Virus record (IMG/VR): IMGVR_UViG_3300031941_000025
Coordinates: 1 to 26,961 of that record
Strand: one strand, 5' to 3'
DNA: 26,961 nucleotides
From: a virus
Lineage: Duplodnaviria; Caudoviricetes
Part shown: positions 1 through 9,904 of the stretch, one piece after another
How positions within the stretch are numbered: the stretch's first letter is position 1
How the letters are laid out: each line of letters opens with the position of its first letter
Position numbers and translations under genes: made by a program
Notes under the pieces: model-generated
What the model was told of the DNA's origin: nothing
Databases searched by the model: none
Seen by the model: only the letters and a program-made list of their open reading frames with translations

Positions 1-3000
1 AGGTCGTAATACTTCTGCTTGAACTCTACCATCTTGCCAATAAGCACGCGTTTGAAGTTGCTTAAATCATACTTCTCCCCCGCGACAATGACCTTCATCT
101 CATTCCGGCCGTGCCAGTTGAGGGTCCTAACGGAGTTGTAAACCGCGTTGAATTCTTCCGTCGTTAGGGCATTGAGGGACTTCTGCCAACTTGGGTTGTA
201 GAGTTCCGGCCAGACCGGGATGTCGCGGAGCATTGCTTTCTTCGCAGCGATGAAATCGGCGAGGTTCTTCTCACTCGCAGCGGCGATTTCTTTATCAATG
301 TCGAACATGGACCGGGAGACTTTTAGGCCGGTTTGTTTGAGAATGCGCTGGACCCAGTTCTTATATTCCGGAAGCATTCCCGGTTGGTCGAATTTCTTAT
401 TCTGATTGTAGATTCTCATAAACCGCTTCATGTCCGCTTCATGTTCCATCGCCAGCTTGGCGATCATCGAAGAGAACATTTTCTTCTGAAGAGAAACTAA
501 GGCGGTGGCGGGGTCATTGGCGATCAACGCGCGTTCGGCGTCTCGGCCATGGCGGGCCAGGGTGTCTTTGAACTTGTGGGAATCGATAGAAGAAACCGGA
601 AGGCCAGCGAAGTAATCTTTCGCCGCTTGAAGCGCTGCTTCTTTGGTTATGGCCGGGGTGGTCTTGGCGAGGCTCGCGGCCCCGTAGTATTCTTCGGCGA
701 TTAGGTTCATCTGCGTGTCAGAGAGCGCTTGGTCGTGGGCGGCCTCCATGATGTTGTCTTTAAGGTCCCCGAACCGTTGGGCCATGGTCTTCTCGGCGTT
801 TTGTCTTACCAACTTGCCGAGATAGTCGAGGGTGGACATCTCCCCGCGGGCCGCTTTCATTCGGGTCAGGGCTTCGATCAACCCTGCTCTGCTCGGGAAC
901 CCGAACATCTTCGCGAGCTGGTCAATCGGAAGGCCGGTCTTTGAGACGTAGTTGGCCGGTAGCGCGGCCTTTTCTTCAGGCGTTAGGTCCTCGGAAGAGA
1001 TTCGGTATTTCTTCGGAAGCTTGACACCGCCTAGCTCGCCGGTGTTGAAGAACAAATCGGCGGCCATATCCGGCCGATCGCGGAGCCTCTCGTCCCACTC
1101 GCGCGTTACATCGCGGAGGTTGGACTTCCACTCCATGGTCTGGGTTTTCTTCTGCTCCCGATCGGCCCGCTTTCTGGCGACCTCGATGTCATCGGCGAAG
1201 CGCTTGTCCAGGAGCTGCTGGAGTCTTTCGAAGGATTTGACATCCAAACCACCGGCCGTGGCAGTGAGTTGGTCGAGTTGCTTGTGGAAGTCTGGAATGG
1301 AAGGGCCGACCTCCGGTGCTTGGCCCCAGACCTCGGTTGGCGCTTCCATTCCAGCGGTTGGCTTCCTCCGGCCGACCTCGCCTCGATCAATCCGCCGAAA
1401 GACATCTTCAAAGGTTGGTTCTCTACCGAGAAGCTGCCCGATCCGATCCTTAATCCGGTCGAGGAATTCGGCCAATCGAACGAAGGCCTGCTTCGCGAGG
1501 GGGTAGTCCTTGAACTCTTTCGCGAATAGGTCCTTGTTCTGGCGCCATTGCGAGAAGGCCTCGACGATCGATTCCTCCAGCTTCGCCTCGACCGAACCGG
1601 TCGAGTAGCGGTTGTGGATATCGAACTGGTCCTGCCAGCCATTATCTATCGAGGCCTTTTCTAACGCCGCCCATTCGCCGTCTTGGATAAACCCGGCCTG
1701 ACGAAGGTGGTGCATTACCTCATGGCGAATGGTCCAAAGGGCTCCTTCCTTACCCAACCATCCCCATCCGCCATGCTCAAGCGGGCCGGTCAGGGACCAG
1801 AGGATGGATGAAAGGGCAGCGTGGTCATGGGCCTGAATGCCCAAGAAGCGCTGCTTACCAGGGACCCCGGTGACGCCTTTCCCTACAATGACAGTCGCCG
1901 GCCCGATCTCAACCCCTTTCGGTGCGAGCCTGCGGCCTTCTTGGTTAACTATGTCAATATACTGCCGCTGTTCCTCAGGGATCAGGTCCCTTGGGGTGAG
2001 GTAGGTGTCAATGCCAGGAAGGTAGCGAACCCACTGGCCGCCCTTGAGTATGCCTTTGAATGAAACGATGTTGCCGGTAATATCGATCCCGTATGGCACC
2101 CCGCCGCGCTTGTATTCGCGGACCTTGTTGAGGTCAATGCGCGGCCACGCATGGGGCTCCATCACAGTCCCGGCCTTGGCCCTGGCGCCAGTGATTCGAT
2201 GACCGGAGAGCCAATCAGCGTTGGGGAATTCCTCGGCGATTTGGCCGAGTAGGTGGTTCATCAAACTCGGGCCCATGCGGTTAATGTCATGGCCCTCGAA
2301 GCCTTGAATAAGTTGGACGAAGACTTCCTTTCCTGCGTTATGTTCGCTGAGGGTCAGGAAGCCGACGGCCTTGCCGGCCTCGTCGTTGAGGGTGAATTGG
2401 TGCCAGCCCTCAGTGGGCTTGGCCTCTTCCCTCGCATCCGCGATGTATTGGTCGCGCTCCGCTTGGGTCATTCGGTTCCAATAACCACCTTCGTCATAAG
2501 CACGTTGCCGAGCGCGGTCGAGGACTTCGTCTTCGGTAAGCGGTGGCTTTTCCTCCCTTCGAACCAAATCCACCCTTCGATCGCCCATGCCCCATATAGG
2601 TTCGAGCGAATGGGCTCCGCGGACCTGGGCCAATGGGGCATCGATTGGAAGCTTCGGTTCCCAAGGCTCCATAGCCTCGCGCTTGGAGACCCCGCCAGCC
2701 CACATGCGAATGTCATCGTTGAGGAGTTTGGCGATGGCCGGGTCGACGTTGGTGAGCCAGTCCTTCATCGGAATGGCCACGTGTTCGCCGGTTTCACGAG
2801 CTAAAGCTAGCTTCGCCTGGATGTCTGGAACCCAACCGAGAAGGCCGTCGTCTTGATGAGGCTCTTTGCCTTCGTAAAGGGCCGCGACGGCGTCGCCATC
2901 GATCAAGATGTGTCGATCAGCATAGCGCTTTTCGAGGACCTTGTTGAAAGTCTCTGGGTCACGTTCCTTAAGGTAGGAATCTTGGGCCGCTTCGAGGTCG

Positions 3001-3872
3001 CGGTTGAGGATGTCGAGGGAGTCGGAGTTGATCTGGGCCTTCGCTTGGTCGATCAGCGGATGAACGCCTCGGGGCGGTTCAACACCGGCCTCAAACCATG
3101 GCGATCCGGCCCTCCAGGCTTCTTCGAGCGGGGTCGGCGGACGGGGATGAGCGGCCTCGTGGAATGTAAGCGGCCGACCTTCGTGGAGAACTTCGGGCAG
3201 GCCTTCCCCTTGATGCAAGGGAAGGTATTCAACCACGCCAGCTACCGCTCGGCCGAACTGCGCGGCCCTTTCAGGATCGTGGGATATTTGTTCGTGGAGT
3301 TCTTGGGCTATGGTCCCGGCGCCACCAGCCGCCCCTTCGATCGCGGCCGACGTGCCCCGCCATACCATCTCGGCCGGTGTGGCCATCAGCCCGGCCAACG
3401 ACCACGCTAGGCGGTGTTTGTCGAAGAATCCGCCCGGTTCCTGCAACCAGGACCCATAAGCCTCGTCGCCATATGCTCGATTGAACACCTCACCCGCGGT
3501 CTTGGCGGCATCGCGCGTCATATTCAAGGCGTTTACTACTTGGGCCGTTTCCTGCGACTGGCGGGTGAGCTTGTCTAGGTTCCCGAGATCGTCATTGGCC
3601 ATTGATCCGAATAGCGGATGCTCACGGACCATTTCCTGAAGGATGGGGTTGTTGGAGACAATGTCCCCGGCCATCCGCGCTTTGATCTGTTTGTTAAATT
3701 CATCAAAATTCTTGAAAGTAGTCTCTGGCGGGGAATCGGCCACTTGTGATAGACGATAGGCCTTGGCCGCGGTTTCCGGGTTGTCATTGGCCGAGCCCAT
3801 GATCGCGGCCCGGGCCTCACCCGACAGGCCGGTTACAGCAGTTTGGTAATCGTCTAAAGTCGGATCACTCAC
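1..3872 (-). CDS. Large internal virion/ejection protein (gp16-position, polyvalent-type), 3'-truncated by window edge; contains GNAT-like and zincin HExxH domains
   Basis: Not in the ORF track because it has no stop in the window. GTG start at 3872 overlaps the upstream gene end and reads MSDPTLDDYQTAVTGLSGEARAAIMGS...NDDLGNLDKL...SYLKERDPETFNK...TIRHEVMHHLRQAG...GLPIDQLAKMFGFPS. I translated from 3872 to about 865 without a stop, and the same frame is open at the window start (KMVEFKQKYYD). It is the last gene of the internal-protein trio. Confidence 0.85.
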   Translation of the reverse strand, partial: MSDPTLDDYQTAVTGLSGEARAAIMGSANDNPETAAKAYRLSQVADSPPETTFKNFDEFNKQIKARMAGDIVSNNPILQEMVREHPLFGSMANDDLGNLDKLTRQSQETAQVVNALNMTRDAAKTAGEVFNRAYGDEAYGSWLQEPGGFFDKHRLAWSLAGLMATPAEMVWRGTSAAIEGAAGGAGTIAQELHEQISHDPERAAQFGRAVAGVVEYLPLHQGEGLPEVLHEGRPLTFHEAAHPRPPTPLEEAWRAGSPWFEAGVEPPRGVHPLIDQAKAQINSDSLDILNRDLEAAQDSYLKERDPETFNKVLEKRYADRHILIDGDAVAALYEGKEPHQDDGLLGWVPDIQAKLALARETGEHVAIPMKDWLTNVDPAIAKLLNDDIRMWAGGVSKREAMEPWEPKLPIDAPLAQVRGAHSLEPIWGMGDRRVDLVRREEKPPLTEDEVLDRARQRAYDEGGYWNRMTQAERDQYIADAREEAKPTEGWHQFTLNDEAGKAVGFLTLSEHNAGKEVFVQLIQGFEGHDINRMGPSLMNHLLGQIAEEFPNADWLSGHRITGARAKAGTVMEPHAWPRIDLNKVREYKRGGVPYGIDITGNIVSFKGILKGGQWVRYLPGIDTYLTPRDLIPEEQRQYIDIVNQEGRRLAPKGVEIGPATVIVGKGVTGVPGKQRFLGIQAHDHAALSSILWSLTGPLEHGGWGWLGKEGALWTIRHEVMHHLRQAGFIQDGEWAALEKASIDNGWQDQFDIHNRYSTGSVEAKLEESIVEAFSQWRQNKDLFAKEFKDYPLAKQAFVRLAEFLDRIKDRIGQLLGREPTFEDVFRRIDRGEVGRRKPTAGMEAPTEVWGQAPEVGPSIPDFHKQLDQLTATAGGLDVKSFERLQQLLDKRFADDIEVARKRADREQKKTQTMEWKSNLRDVTREWDERLRDRPDMAADLFFNTGELGGVKLPKKYRISSEDLTPEEKAALPANYVSKTGLPIDQLAKMFGFPSRAGLIEALTRMKAARGEMSTLDYLGKLVRQNAEKTMAQRFGDLKDNIMEAAHDQALSDTQMNLIAEEYYGAASLAKTTPAITKEAALQAAKDYFAGLPVSSIDSHKFKDTLARHGRDAERALIANDPATALVSLQKKMFSSMIAKLAMEHEADMKRFMRIYNQNKKFDQPGMLPEYKNWVQRILKQTGLKVSRSMFDIDKEIAAASEKNLADFIAAKKAMLRDIPVWPELYNPSWQKSLNALTTEEFNAVYNSVRTLNWHGRNEMKVIVAGEKYDLSNFKRVLIGKMVEFKQKYYD

Positions 3873-6048
3873 TCGGCTTGGCCTTCTTCTTGCCATACAT
3901 GGAGGTGTATTGAGCGGCGATGAAGGTGTTTCTGATATCCGATTCGGACGGGACTAAACCAGCATGGGCCTTCTTCCAGACACCGATGATAATGTCTCGT
4001 TGATCAGCGTCTGGCTCGACCTTATACGCTGGCGTGTCGACCTCTTTAGTGCTAAGCCCAAACCACGCAGGTTGTTTGGTCTTGACCTGCTGCGTCAGCC
4101 GTCTCCCCATGTCCTCGATTTCATCATCTGCTAACGGCTTCTTCTGGTCGTGTTGAGTGTCATGGAGGGTTTGGTAGAAAACCCCTTCAAACCGGTTGTA
4201 TTCCTTCCGCTCGTCGGAGTCGAGCTTACCCCGCTCTAGTCCAGCGTCGTCGAGAACACCCCTCAGCATGAGGACCTGCATCGCCTTTTTCATGTCCGGC
4301 TCGGCCTCGCGGGTTTTCATGAGCTGCTCACGGGCCCGAAGGAGCTGCTCTTTCTGCACCCAAGGGATTTTGAGGGACATGATGTTGATACCAACGGCCG
4401 CGTCGGATTCCTCAGGCGACCGATCTGGGTCCTTCATGACACCAATAATGCGCTGGAACTCCGCATCGCCTTCGGGCGTGTAGCCATAACCACCTTGCCT
4501 AGCGTTGACCTCCATTTCATGCAGGTAGGTCTTCCGATCATGGGGGTTGAGCTGGTTCCATTTATCTTGTAAGTCTGGGCTCTTGACGAACAGTTCCTCT
4601 GGCGATGTGACTACCTTTCCATCTGGACTCGGGGCCATAGCGTCATCGATTGGCATCTTGAGGCGAATCTCGTCCTCCCTCTGGTCGCGGATGTCCCTAT
4701 AGTGCTGTGTTTCAACCTTCTGGCGAGTCAGTTCGGCAAAGGCCTCGTCGCCGGGCATCTGTTCCCCAGCCCGTTGTCTAGCGATATCGCCAAGAGTTGA
4801 TCCAGACATTTCCCGACCAAGGCGGGCGTTGGCCCTGGTTTTGTAATCTTCCCATGATGTGAAACCATCCGAGCGCCCATGGCCGAACCAGTCTCGAAGG
4901 GCCTCGTTGAAGTTCCCGTTGTGGTTTTTTAAGAACTGGCCGAATTTGAACTCGAAGACTCGGTCCTGGGCGTCATGGTCTTGCACAAATTGCTGCGGGG
5001 TCATGTGGGGCAGGCCAGCTTCCACTGGCCAATCATCATCCCCTGACTTCTGGCCGAAGTGAAAGTCCATGACTCCATAGTAGCCCTGAGCCACCGCTCC
5101 CTTGTGTGGTCCGGAGGGAACTGGTCGGTGTGGAACTTCATATCTGTTGCCCGATTCACCACCGCCTACAACCCTCTTCGCCATTCCCATGTCAATATCA
5201 GTTCGATCGCCGAGACGGTTGTGATCACCGCTCACAATCTGAGTGCCGAGCTGCTGCGAGCCCTGAGAGTGCATCTGGCCTTGAACATAGTTGGTCATAT
5301 CGAGCAGGTCTTGGCCTTGGATGTTCCCATCCGCAGCGGCATTGTCGAGGAGGGTCTTAGCGAGTAGGGGTTTGGTTTTGGCGAGGCCTTGGATGCGGGC
5401 TCGGGTTAGATTGGATTGATAGCTGGTAATGGCCTGTTTGATTGTATCCTCATCGGCGCCGTGGTATGTGACATCGCCGCGGATGATATCAGGGGCCGCT
5501 TCGAGGGCCTTTTTGTAAGTAGCATCGTCTTCTGGATTGGCGAGCATGTAGTTTATGTTCGCATCTTTCGCAGATTTCGAGACCTGCTTAAGGTAGGCCG
5601 TCTGCTGATCGGCCGCGTGGCTTGAGGCCGACCAAACGGCCCTGGACATCATTTGGCGGGATTCCATGTCATAGGCCCGGCGGGCGAATGGCGAGGTCAG
5701 GGACTCGCGGATGTGCTCGCGGAGGGCGTTGACACCGTCGATGTAGGGTTGGTAGCCATCCGCAGAGGCCTTGCCGGTGAGCTGGCGATATTCTTCGGTC
5801 GCCGAGCCGAGTTGGGTAACGAAGCCGGAGACTGCTTCGCTCGCGCGGGCTTGTTGGTCCATTTGCTGAATAGCAACCGCGCGATCGAAGAGTTCGGTCC
5901 CGGCCCTTTGATCGACCTCGCCGAGGTGTTGGAGGGCCTGAGCGGTGGCGCCGCCAAAGGCCGCGATGGGGACATTCTCTTCGCGATACGGAATCGGCCG
6001 ATCTTGTGGCGATACCGTCGGGACGGGGGAGTAAGGAACTTGGGCCAT
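3865..6048 (-). CDS. Internal virion protein (gp15-position) with lysozyme-like/lytic transglycosylase domain
   Basis: 727 aa, mostly helical, N-terminus MAQVPYSP. Central segment GGGESGNRY...AQGYYGVM...W...TPQQFVQDHDAQDRVF...ALRDWFGHG (~4870-5190) resembles SLT-like domains of podovirus ejection proteins. Synteny agrees. Confidence 0.75.
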   Translation of the reverse strand: MAQVPYSPVPTVSPQDRPIPYREENVPIAAFGGATAQALQHLGEVDQRAGTELFDRAVAIQQMDQQARASEAVSGFVTQLGSATEEYRQLTGKASADGYQPYIDGVNALREHIRESLTSPFARRAYDMESRQMMSRAVWSASSHAADQQTAYLKQVSKSAKDANINYMLANPEDDATYKKALEAAPDIIRGDVTYHGADEDTIKQAITSYQSNLTRARIQGLAKTKPLLAKTLLDNAAADGNIQGQDLLDMTNYVQGQMHSQGSQQLGTQIVSGDHNRLGDRTDIDMGMAKRVVGGGESGNRYEVPHRPVPSGPHKGAVAQGYYGVMDFHFGQKSGDDDWPVEAGLPHMTPQQFVQDHDAQDRVFEFKFGQFLKNHNGNFNEALRDWFGHGRSDGFTSWEDYKTRANARLGREMSGSTLGDIARQRAGEQMPGDEAFAELTRQKVETQHYRDIRDQREDEIRLKMPIDDAMAPSPDGKVVTSPEELFVKSPDLQDKWNQLNPHDRKTYLHEMEVNARQGGYGYTPEGDAEFQRIIGVMKDPDRSPEESDAAVGINIMSLKIPWVQKEQLLRAREQLMKTREAEPDMKKAMQVLMLRGVLDDAGLERGKLDSDERKEYNRFEGVFYQTLHDTQHDQKKPLADDEIEDMGRRLTQQVKTKQPAWFGLSTKEVDTPAYKVEPDADQRDIIIGVWKKAHAGLVPSESDIRNTFIAAQYTSMYGKKKAKPSE

Positions 6049-6690
6049 TTACATGTTTCCAAATGGGCTGACGATGCCGGTTGCGACACCGACGGTGCTG
6101 GTGATGTCAGAGAACCCGGCCGATATGTTGGATGGCGAGAACATGCCCACCTGCGAGCCCTGCATCCATTTCGACGCCACGTTGGCGACTGTGCCGACGG
6201 TCGAGGCTTGGGCGTTGATTTGACCGGCCGAAGCGGCGTTGGTCCCGGCCATTTCGTAGAGCTTCGCTTGGTCTTCGTATTGGAGCGCCTGGACATCGTA
6301 ATCGTAGGCCACTTTCGCCGCGTTGGAGCGGATAGTAGCGAGGTCGGTGTGGGAGAGGACATCTTGGGACTTCTGAACATCGGCGGCTGAGCCGGTTCGC
6401 ACGTCTAGGCCCGAGGCCCCTAGGCCCGCGCGGATGGCGCCCATCTTCTCCCTGGCGCCGATGCCGTATTGCTGCGCTTGGAGTTCCCCTTGATTAAGCG
6501 ACCATTCCTTGTTCTGTTCGGCGATGCTGGCATTGACTCGGGCGACACCGGCTTGGTAGTAGTTCTGCTTGAGCGTGGCGATGCCCTGCTGCATCGCGCC
6601 TTTCGCCTGAAGACCCCCACAAGCAATGGTGGCGCCCATACCAATGGCGCCGACGCCTAGGGTGGCTATGGCGGTTAATGGGTCGGCCAT
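6049..6690 (-). CDS. Internal virion protein (gp14-like)
   Basis: 213 aa, Ala/Gln/Gly-rich, hydrophobic N-terminus MADPLTAIATLGVGAIG, and motif GAIRAGLGASGLDVRTGSAADVQ typical of gp14-like ejection proteins. Confidence 0.75.
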   Translation of the reverse strand: MADPLTAIATLGVGAIGMGATIACGGLQAKGAMQQGIATLKQNYYQAGVARVNASIAEQNKEWSLNQGELQAQQYGIGAREKMGAIRAGLGASGLDVRTGSAADVQKSQDVLSHTDLATIRSNAAKVAYDYDVQALQYEDQAKLYEMAGTNAASAGQINAQASTVGTVANVASKWMQGSQVGMFSPSNISAGFSDITSTVGVATGIVSPFGNM

Positions 6691-7070
6691 GACATGATCT
6701 CGAATGTGTCGCCGTCGACCTTAGCTCCGAAGGACGCAACCAAACGCCTGGATGAGGGACTGACGCAATGGCCGATTATGCGAGGATAGCGCTGGCGCAT
6801 TTGCGCAACAAACGCCTTGGCCGCTCGGATCACTGCGATCGGATGGTCAAGGACCGCGGGGGCGTGGTGGAACCAGAGATAAGCCTCGCCGGAGAGAAAG
6901 GTCGGTGGGATCAATCCGGCGAAACCGAGGAAATCCTCACCGGCCCAACCGATGATCAGCGGGCGCGATTCCCGAGCGCAGTCAATCAACAAGGCTTCCC
7001 CATCGGCCGATAGGTTCAGCGACGGGAGCCAAGGGATCATGGCCGGGGCGTTGATTTCCATTATGATCAT
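6675..7070 (-). CDS. gp13-like (GNAT-fold-like) protein following tail tubular B
   Basis: 131 aa, LGFAGLIPPTFLSGEAYLWF...SRRLVASFGA pattern; conserved position between the nozzle gene and the gp14-like gene; ATGA overlap with the upstream stop. Confidence 0.6.
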   Translation of the reverse strand: MIIMEINAPAMIPWLPSLNLSADGEALLIDCARESRPLIIGWAGEDFLGFAGLIPPTFLSGEAYLWFHHAPAVLDHPIAVIRAAKAFVAQMRQRYPRIIGHCVSPSSRRLVASFGAKVDGDTFEIMSWPTH

Positions 7071-9901
7071 TTGTCATCTCCGACTTCCAGGGCCGGGAAG
7101 ACGCCTACAACGGTGGCCGGGTAGGGAAGAGTTTGGCGGATACAGTATTGGCCTGGGACGGTGTAGGTGTTGTCAAGGAAGGTCCTGGCGTGGCCATAGT
7201 ATAGGCCGTTTACTGTCTGGACCGATTGGCCGGTGAGGCCGGAAGAGACGGCCCCGTTTACCAAGTCCTTCATGTTCACTAAGGTGTTGAAGCTAGAACC
7301 TATCTGAAGGCCCATGGTCTGGTTCAGCAACATGTCCACATGCGGAATCTTCTTCAACTTTCCTTGGATAGTCGGAGACCCGACATCGATCGGAAGGGTC
7401 TGGAGGTCGCAATTATACGGCAGGCCGATGATCACTTTACTGGCGGGGGCGGATAGGGTAAAAGTGCCACTCCCAGGCATGACGAAAGAGGGAATGACAT
7501 TACCGTCGGCAAGGCCTGAGACCCACATACCGCCGAGATGGCTGGCACCGTAGAAGGTCTGGGCCGGGGCTCCGTTGTATTCGATTGCAGAATCGACACA
7601 CCAGCAATCTGATAGTGTAGGGAATACTCGGTCAGCCATTCGCTCAATCTGTTGAACCCACTGCCCGTTAATATATCGTTCCACAGCCATGTATATAGCA
7701 TCGACATAGACTCCGTTAGAGAGTTCGGTGACGGTGCAGACCGAGCGGAATATTCCGTTGGTGTTATGCTGCGACCAGCCGACGATGTCCTGTTCCTTTA
7801 GGAAGGATAAGGTGAGCATGGAGCCATCGTTCCGAACGGCCCAGACCATCTTAAACGGCTCTTCGGCCCAGGCCCATTCGACGAGCTGGTAGCCGTAGAA
7901 GAGGTGGTTGGAGAGGATGGAGATTTCAGTTCCGGTGAACACGTTGAAGTAGATGTTATAAGCGAGATCGCGGACCTGGGCACCTTTCTCTTGGACGTAT
8001 AGAACATCATAGTTCGCCACTATCGGCGGCATGTCGTTGGCGCCAACATAGCTCTGGGCGTTGGCAACGACGGAACTCGGAGTGACGGCTATGCCAGAGG
8101 TCCCGCCGTTGACGATCCAGGTTGCGAAGTCGGTTAGGATAATCATGCCCGAAGTGGCCGAAACGATGGATTTGATGGAATTTAGAGTTCCGGAAACCAG
8201 GGTGCCAGTGACGGCATCATCGGCCTGGACGGGGACGGAGATGTCGAAATCGGTGTAGTTCCCGGTCCTGGACATGAAGAAAGTGGCCGGGCTCGCGGGC
8301 GGGGCCGCGTAGACGGAGCGCTGTTGGAAGAAGCTCGGGACGGTGGGGTAGGTGCCTGTCGCTCCCATGTTAGCGTTGGCCGTGGCGCTTGGAGGGATGA
8401 AGACGATACTCGGCGTGGTGGTATAGCCGACGCCTGGGGAATAGACGATGACCTCCGTCACTCCCCAAGTGGAGTTCACCGCGGCGCCAGAGCCAGAGCC
8501 GGATGTGCTGAGCTGGTTCATGGGGTTGGCCGGGGCGAAGAAGCCGGTCACGCTGCCCGGAGCGGCCGGGGCATACCATTGGGAGCTGAAAGCGGTGACG
8601 GCTCCACCGCCCCCAACGCCGGTCACTTGGAGCTGGAGGCCGTTGGTGAAGATGACCAAATCGCCGACCGCGTAGCCCGACCCACCGGCCGCGATGGTGT
8701 AGCTGGTGACCTGGAGAACCGCGCCGAGGCTGGCGGGGATGGAGCAATCGCCTATAGCGTCCACGGCGGGGCAGTAAGTGTAGGTGCCCCAACCGGTCAT
8801 GGTTACTGACTGAACCCCGGAGCCGGAGAATGGATTCTTCTGGACCGGAGGGGTTATGGTCATGTCCGGGGCGATGTTCTGGTCGACGAAAGACGTCGAG
8901 GTGGTTTGGCCGATGTAGCCGAACTGAACCCCGACCGGAACAACACCGGTGTAGGACACCATGGATTTGTAAACGTTATAGGCGATGGCGTTTGGGGTCA
9001 CATACCACTGAAGCTCGGTGGTTCCGTTAGTGACCCGCATGTCCTGTATCGGCCCAATGTTGAAGACCGGCCCGGGGCCTGATTCATCCCCTCCCTGGTC
9101 AATGGCCGTGAGTTGGTAGGCGTAGTTGGTCGAGCCGGCGGAGGTAAGGCTGGTTTGGTAGGTGATAATCGGCGGGCCTTGGACCACTGAGCCGAATATA
9201 ATCGGGACCAGGGTCCAGTTGGTTGGAGTGACCTCGGAGAGGGAGTTAGGCGGGTGGTTGGGATGGCAGATGATGAGTTCGTTGGCGTTTTGGGCGAATT
9301 TGAGCTGAGATAGTTCCCAGGACTGATAGAAGGTGAAGATTTGGTAAACCCGTTGAATGGTGCCGCCGCCGCCATAGGCCGGGAAGCCGGTGGCATCGAC
9401 CCAATTTCCCATCACGTCTCCGAGGCTCAGCTGCCCGTAGCCAGTGGCCGAGATGATCCGGTAGTAGCGGTTGTTGATCTGCGACATCCCGGCGACGCCG
9501 GAGATGAAAACAATGTCATCCTTGCGGTAGCCACAGTTCGGCGCAACGATAATGAGCGTGTTACTTTGGTAAGTGGCCGTTATGCCAATGCCGCCCTCTA
9601 GGACCGGGGCGCCTTGGTAGTAGAACCGAATATATTGTTGACCAAACTCCAACGCGAAACCAACCGTCGAGGAGAGTTGGTAACGGACCATCCGGATTTG
9701 TTCGTTGAGGCCGTAGACTATCCCCCAACCCATCCCGATCCATTTGGTCCCCATGCGGGTGCTGGCGCCACCGCGGTAGTCTGGGAACCAATTCCGCATC
9801 AAAGCGGAGCCGGATTTATACTTCGCTACATCCACCCGCGAATGAAGATTAGGCGACCATTCGCCTGAGTTGAACGAGGCCTGGATTACAAGCTCGGACA
9901 T
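7067..9901 (-). CDS. Tail tubular protein B (nozzle)
   Basis: 944 aa; N-terminal QASFNSGEWSPNLHSRVD...GGASTRMG, YPTVPSFFQQRSVYA, VWAVRNDG...EQDIVGWSQHNTNG, DCWCVDSA and C-terminal CIRQTLPYPATV motifs of T7 gp12-like nozzle proteins. Confidence 0.9.
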   Translation of the reverse strand: MSELVIQASFNSGEWSPNLHSRVDVAKYKSGSALMRNWFPDYRGGASTRMGTKWIGMGWGIVYGLNEQIRMVRYQLSSTVGFALEFGQQYIRFYYQGAPVLEGGIGITATYQSNTLIIVAPNCGYRKDDIVFISGVAGMSQINNRYYRIISATGYGQLSLGDVMGNWVDATGFPAYGGGGTIQRVYQIFTFYQSWELSQLKFAQNANELIICHPNHPPNSLSEVTPTNWTLVPIIFGSVVQGPPIITYQTSLTSAGSTNYAYQLTAIDQGGDESGPGPVFNIGPIQDMRVTNGTTELQWYVTPNAIAYNVYKSMVSYTGVVPVGVQFGYIGQTTSTSFVDQNIAPDMTITPPVQKNPFSGSGVQSVTMTGWGTYTYCPAVDAIGDCSIPASLGAVLQVTSYTIAAGGSGYAVGDLVIFTNGLQLQVTGVGGGGAVTAFSSQWYAPAAPGSVTGFFAPANPMNQLSTSGSGSGAAVNSTWGVTEVIVYSPGVGYTTTPSIVFIPPSATANANMGATGTYPTVPSFFQQRSVYAAPPASPATFFMSRTGNYTDFDISVPVQADDAVTGTLVSGTLNSIKSIVSATSGMIILTDFATWIVNGGTSGIAVTPSSVVANAQSYVGANDMPPIVANYDVLYVQEKGAQVRDLAYNIYFNVFTGTEISILSNHLFYGYQLVEWAWAEEPFKMVWAVRNDGSMLTLSFLKEQDIVGWSQHNTNGIFRSVCTVTELSNGVYVDAIYMAVERYINGQWVQQIERMADRVFPTLSDCWCVDSAIEYNGAPAQTFYGASHLGGMWVSGLADGNVIPSFVMPGSGTFTLSAPASKVIIGLPYNCDLQTLPIDVGSPTIQGKLKKIPHVDMLLNQTMGLQIGSSFNTLVNMKDLVNGAVSSGLTGQSVQTVNGLYYGHARTFLDNTYTVPGQYCIRQTLPYPATVVGVFPALEVGDDK

Positions 9902-9904
9902 GGC

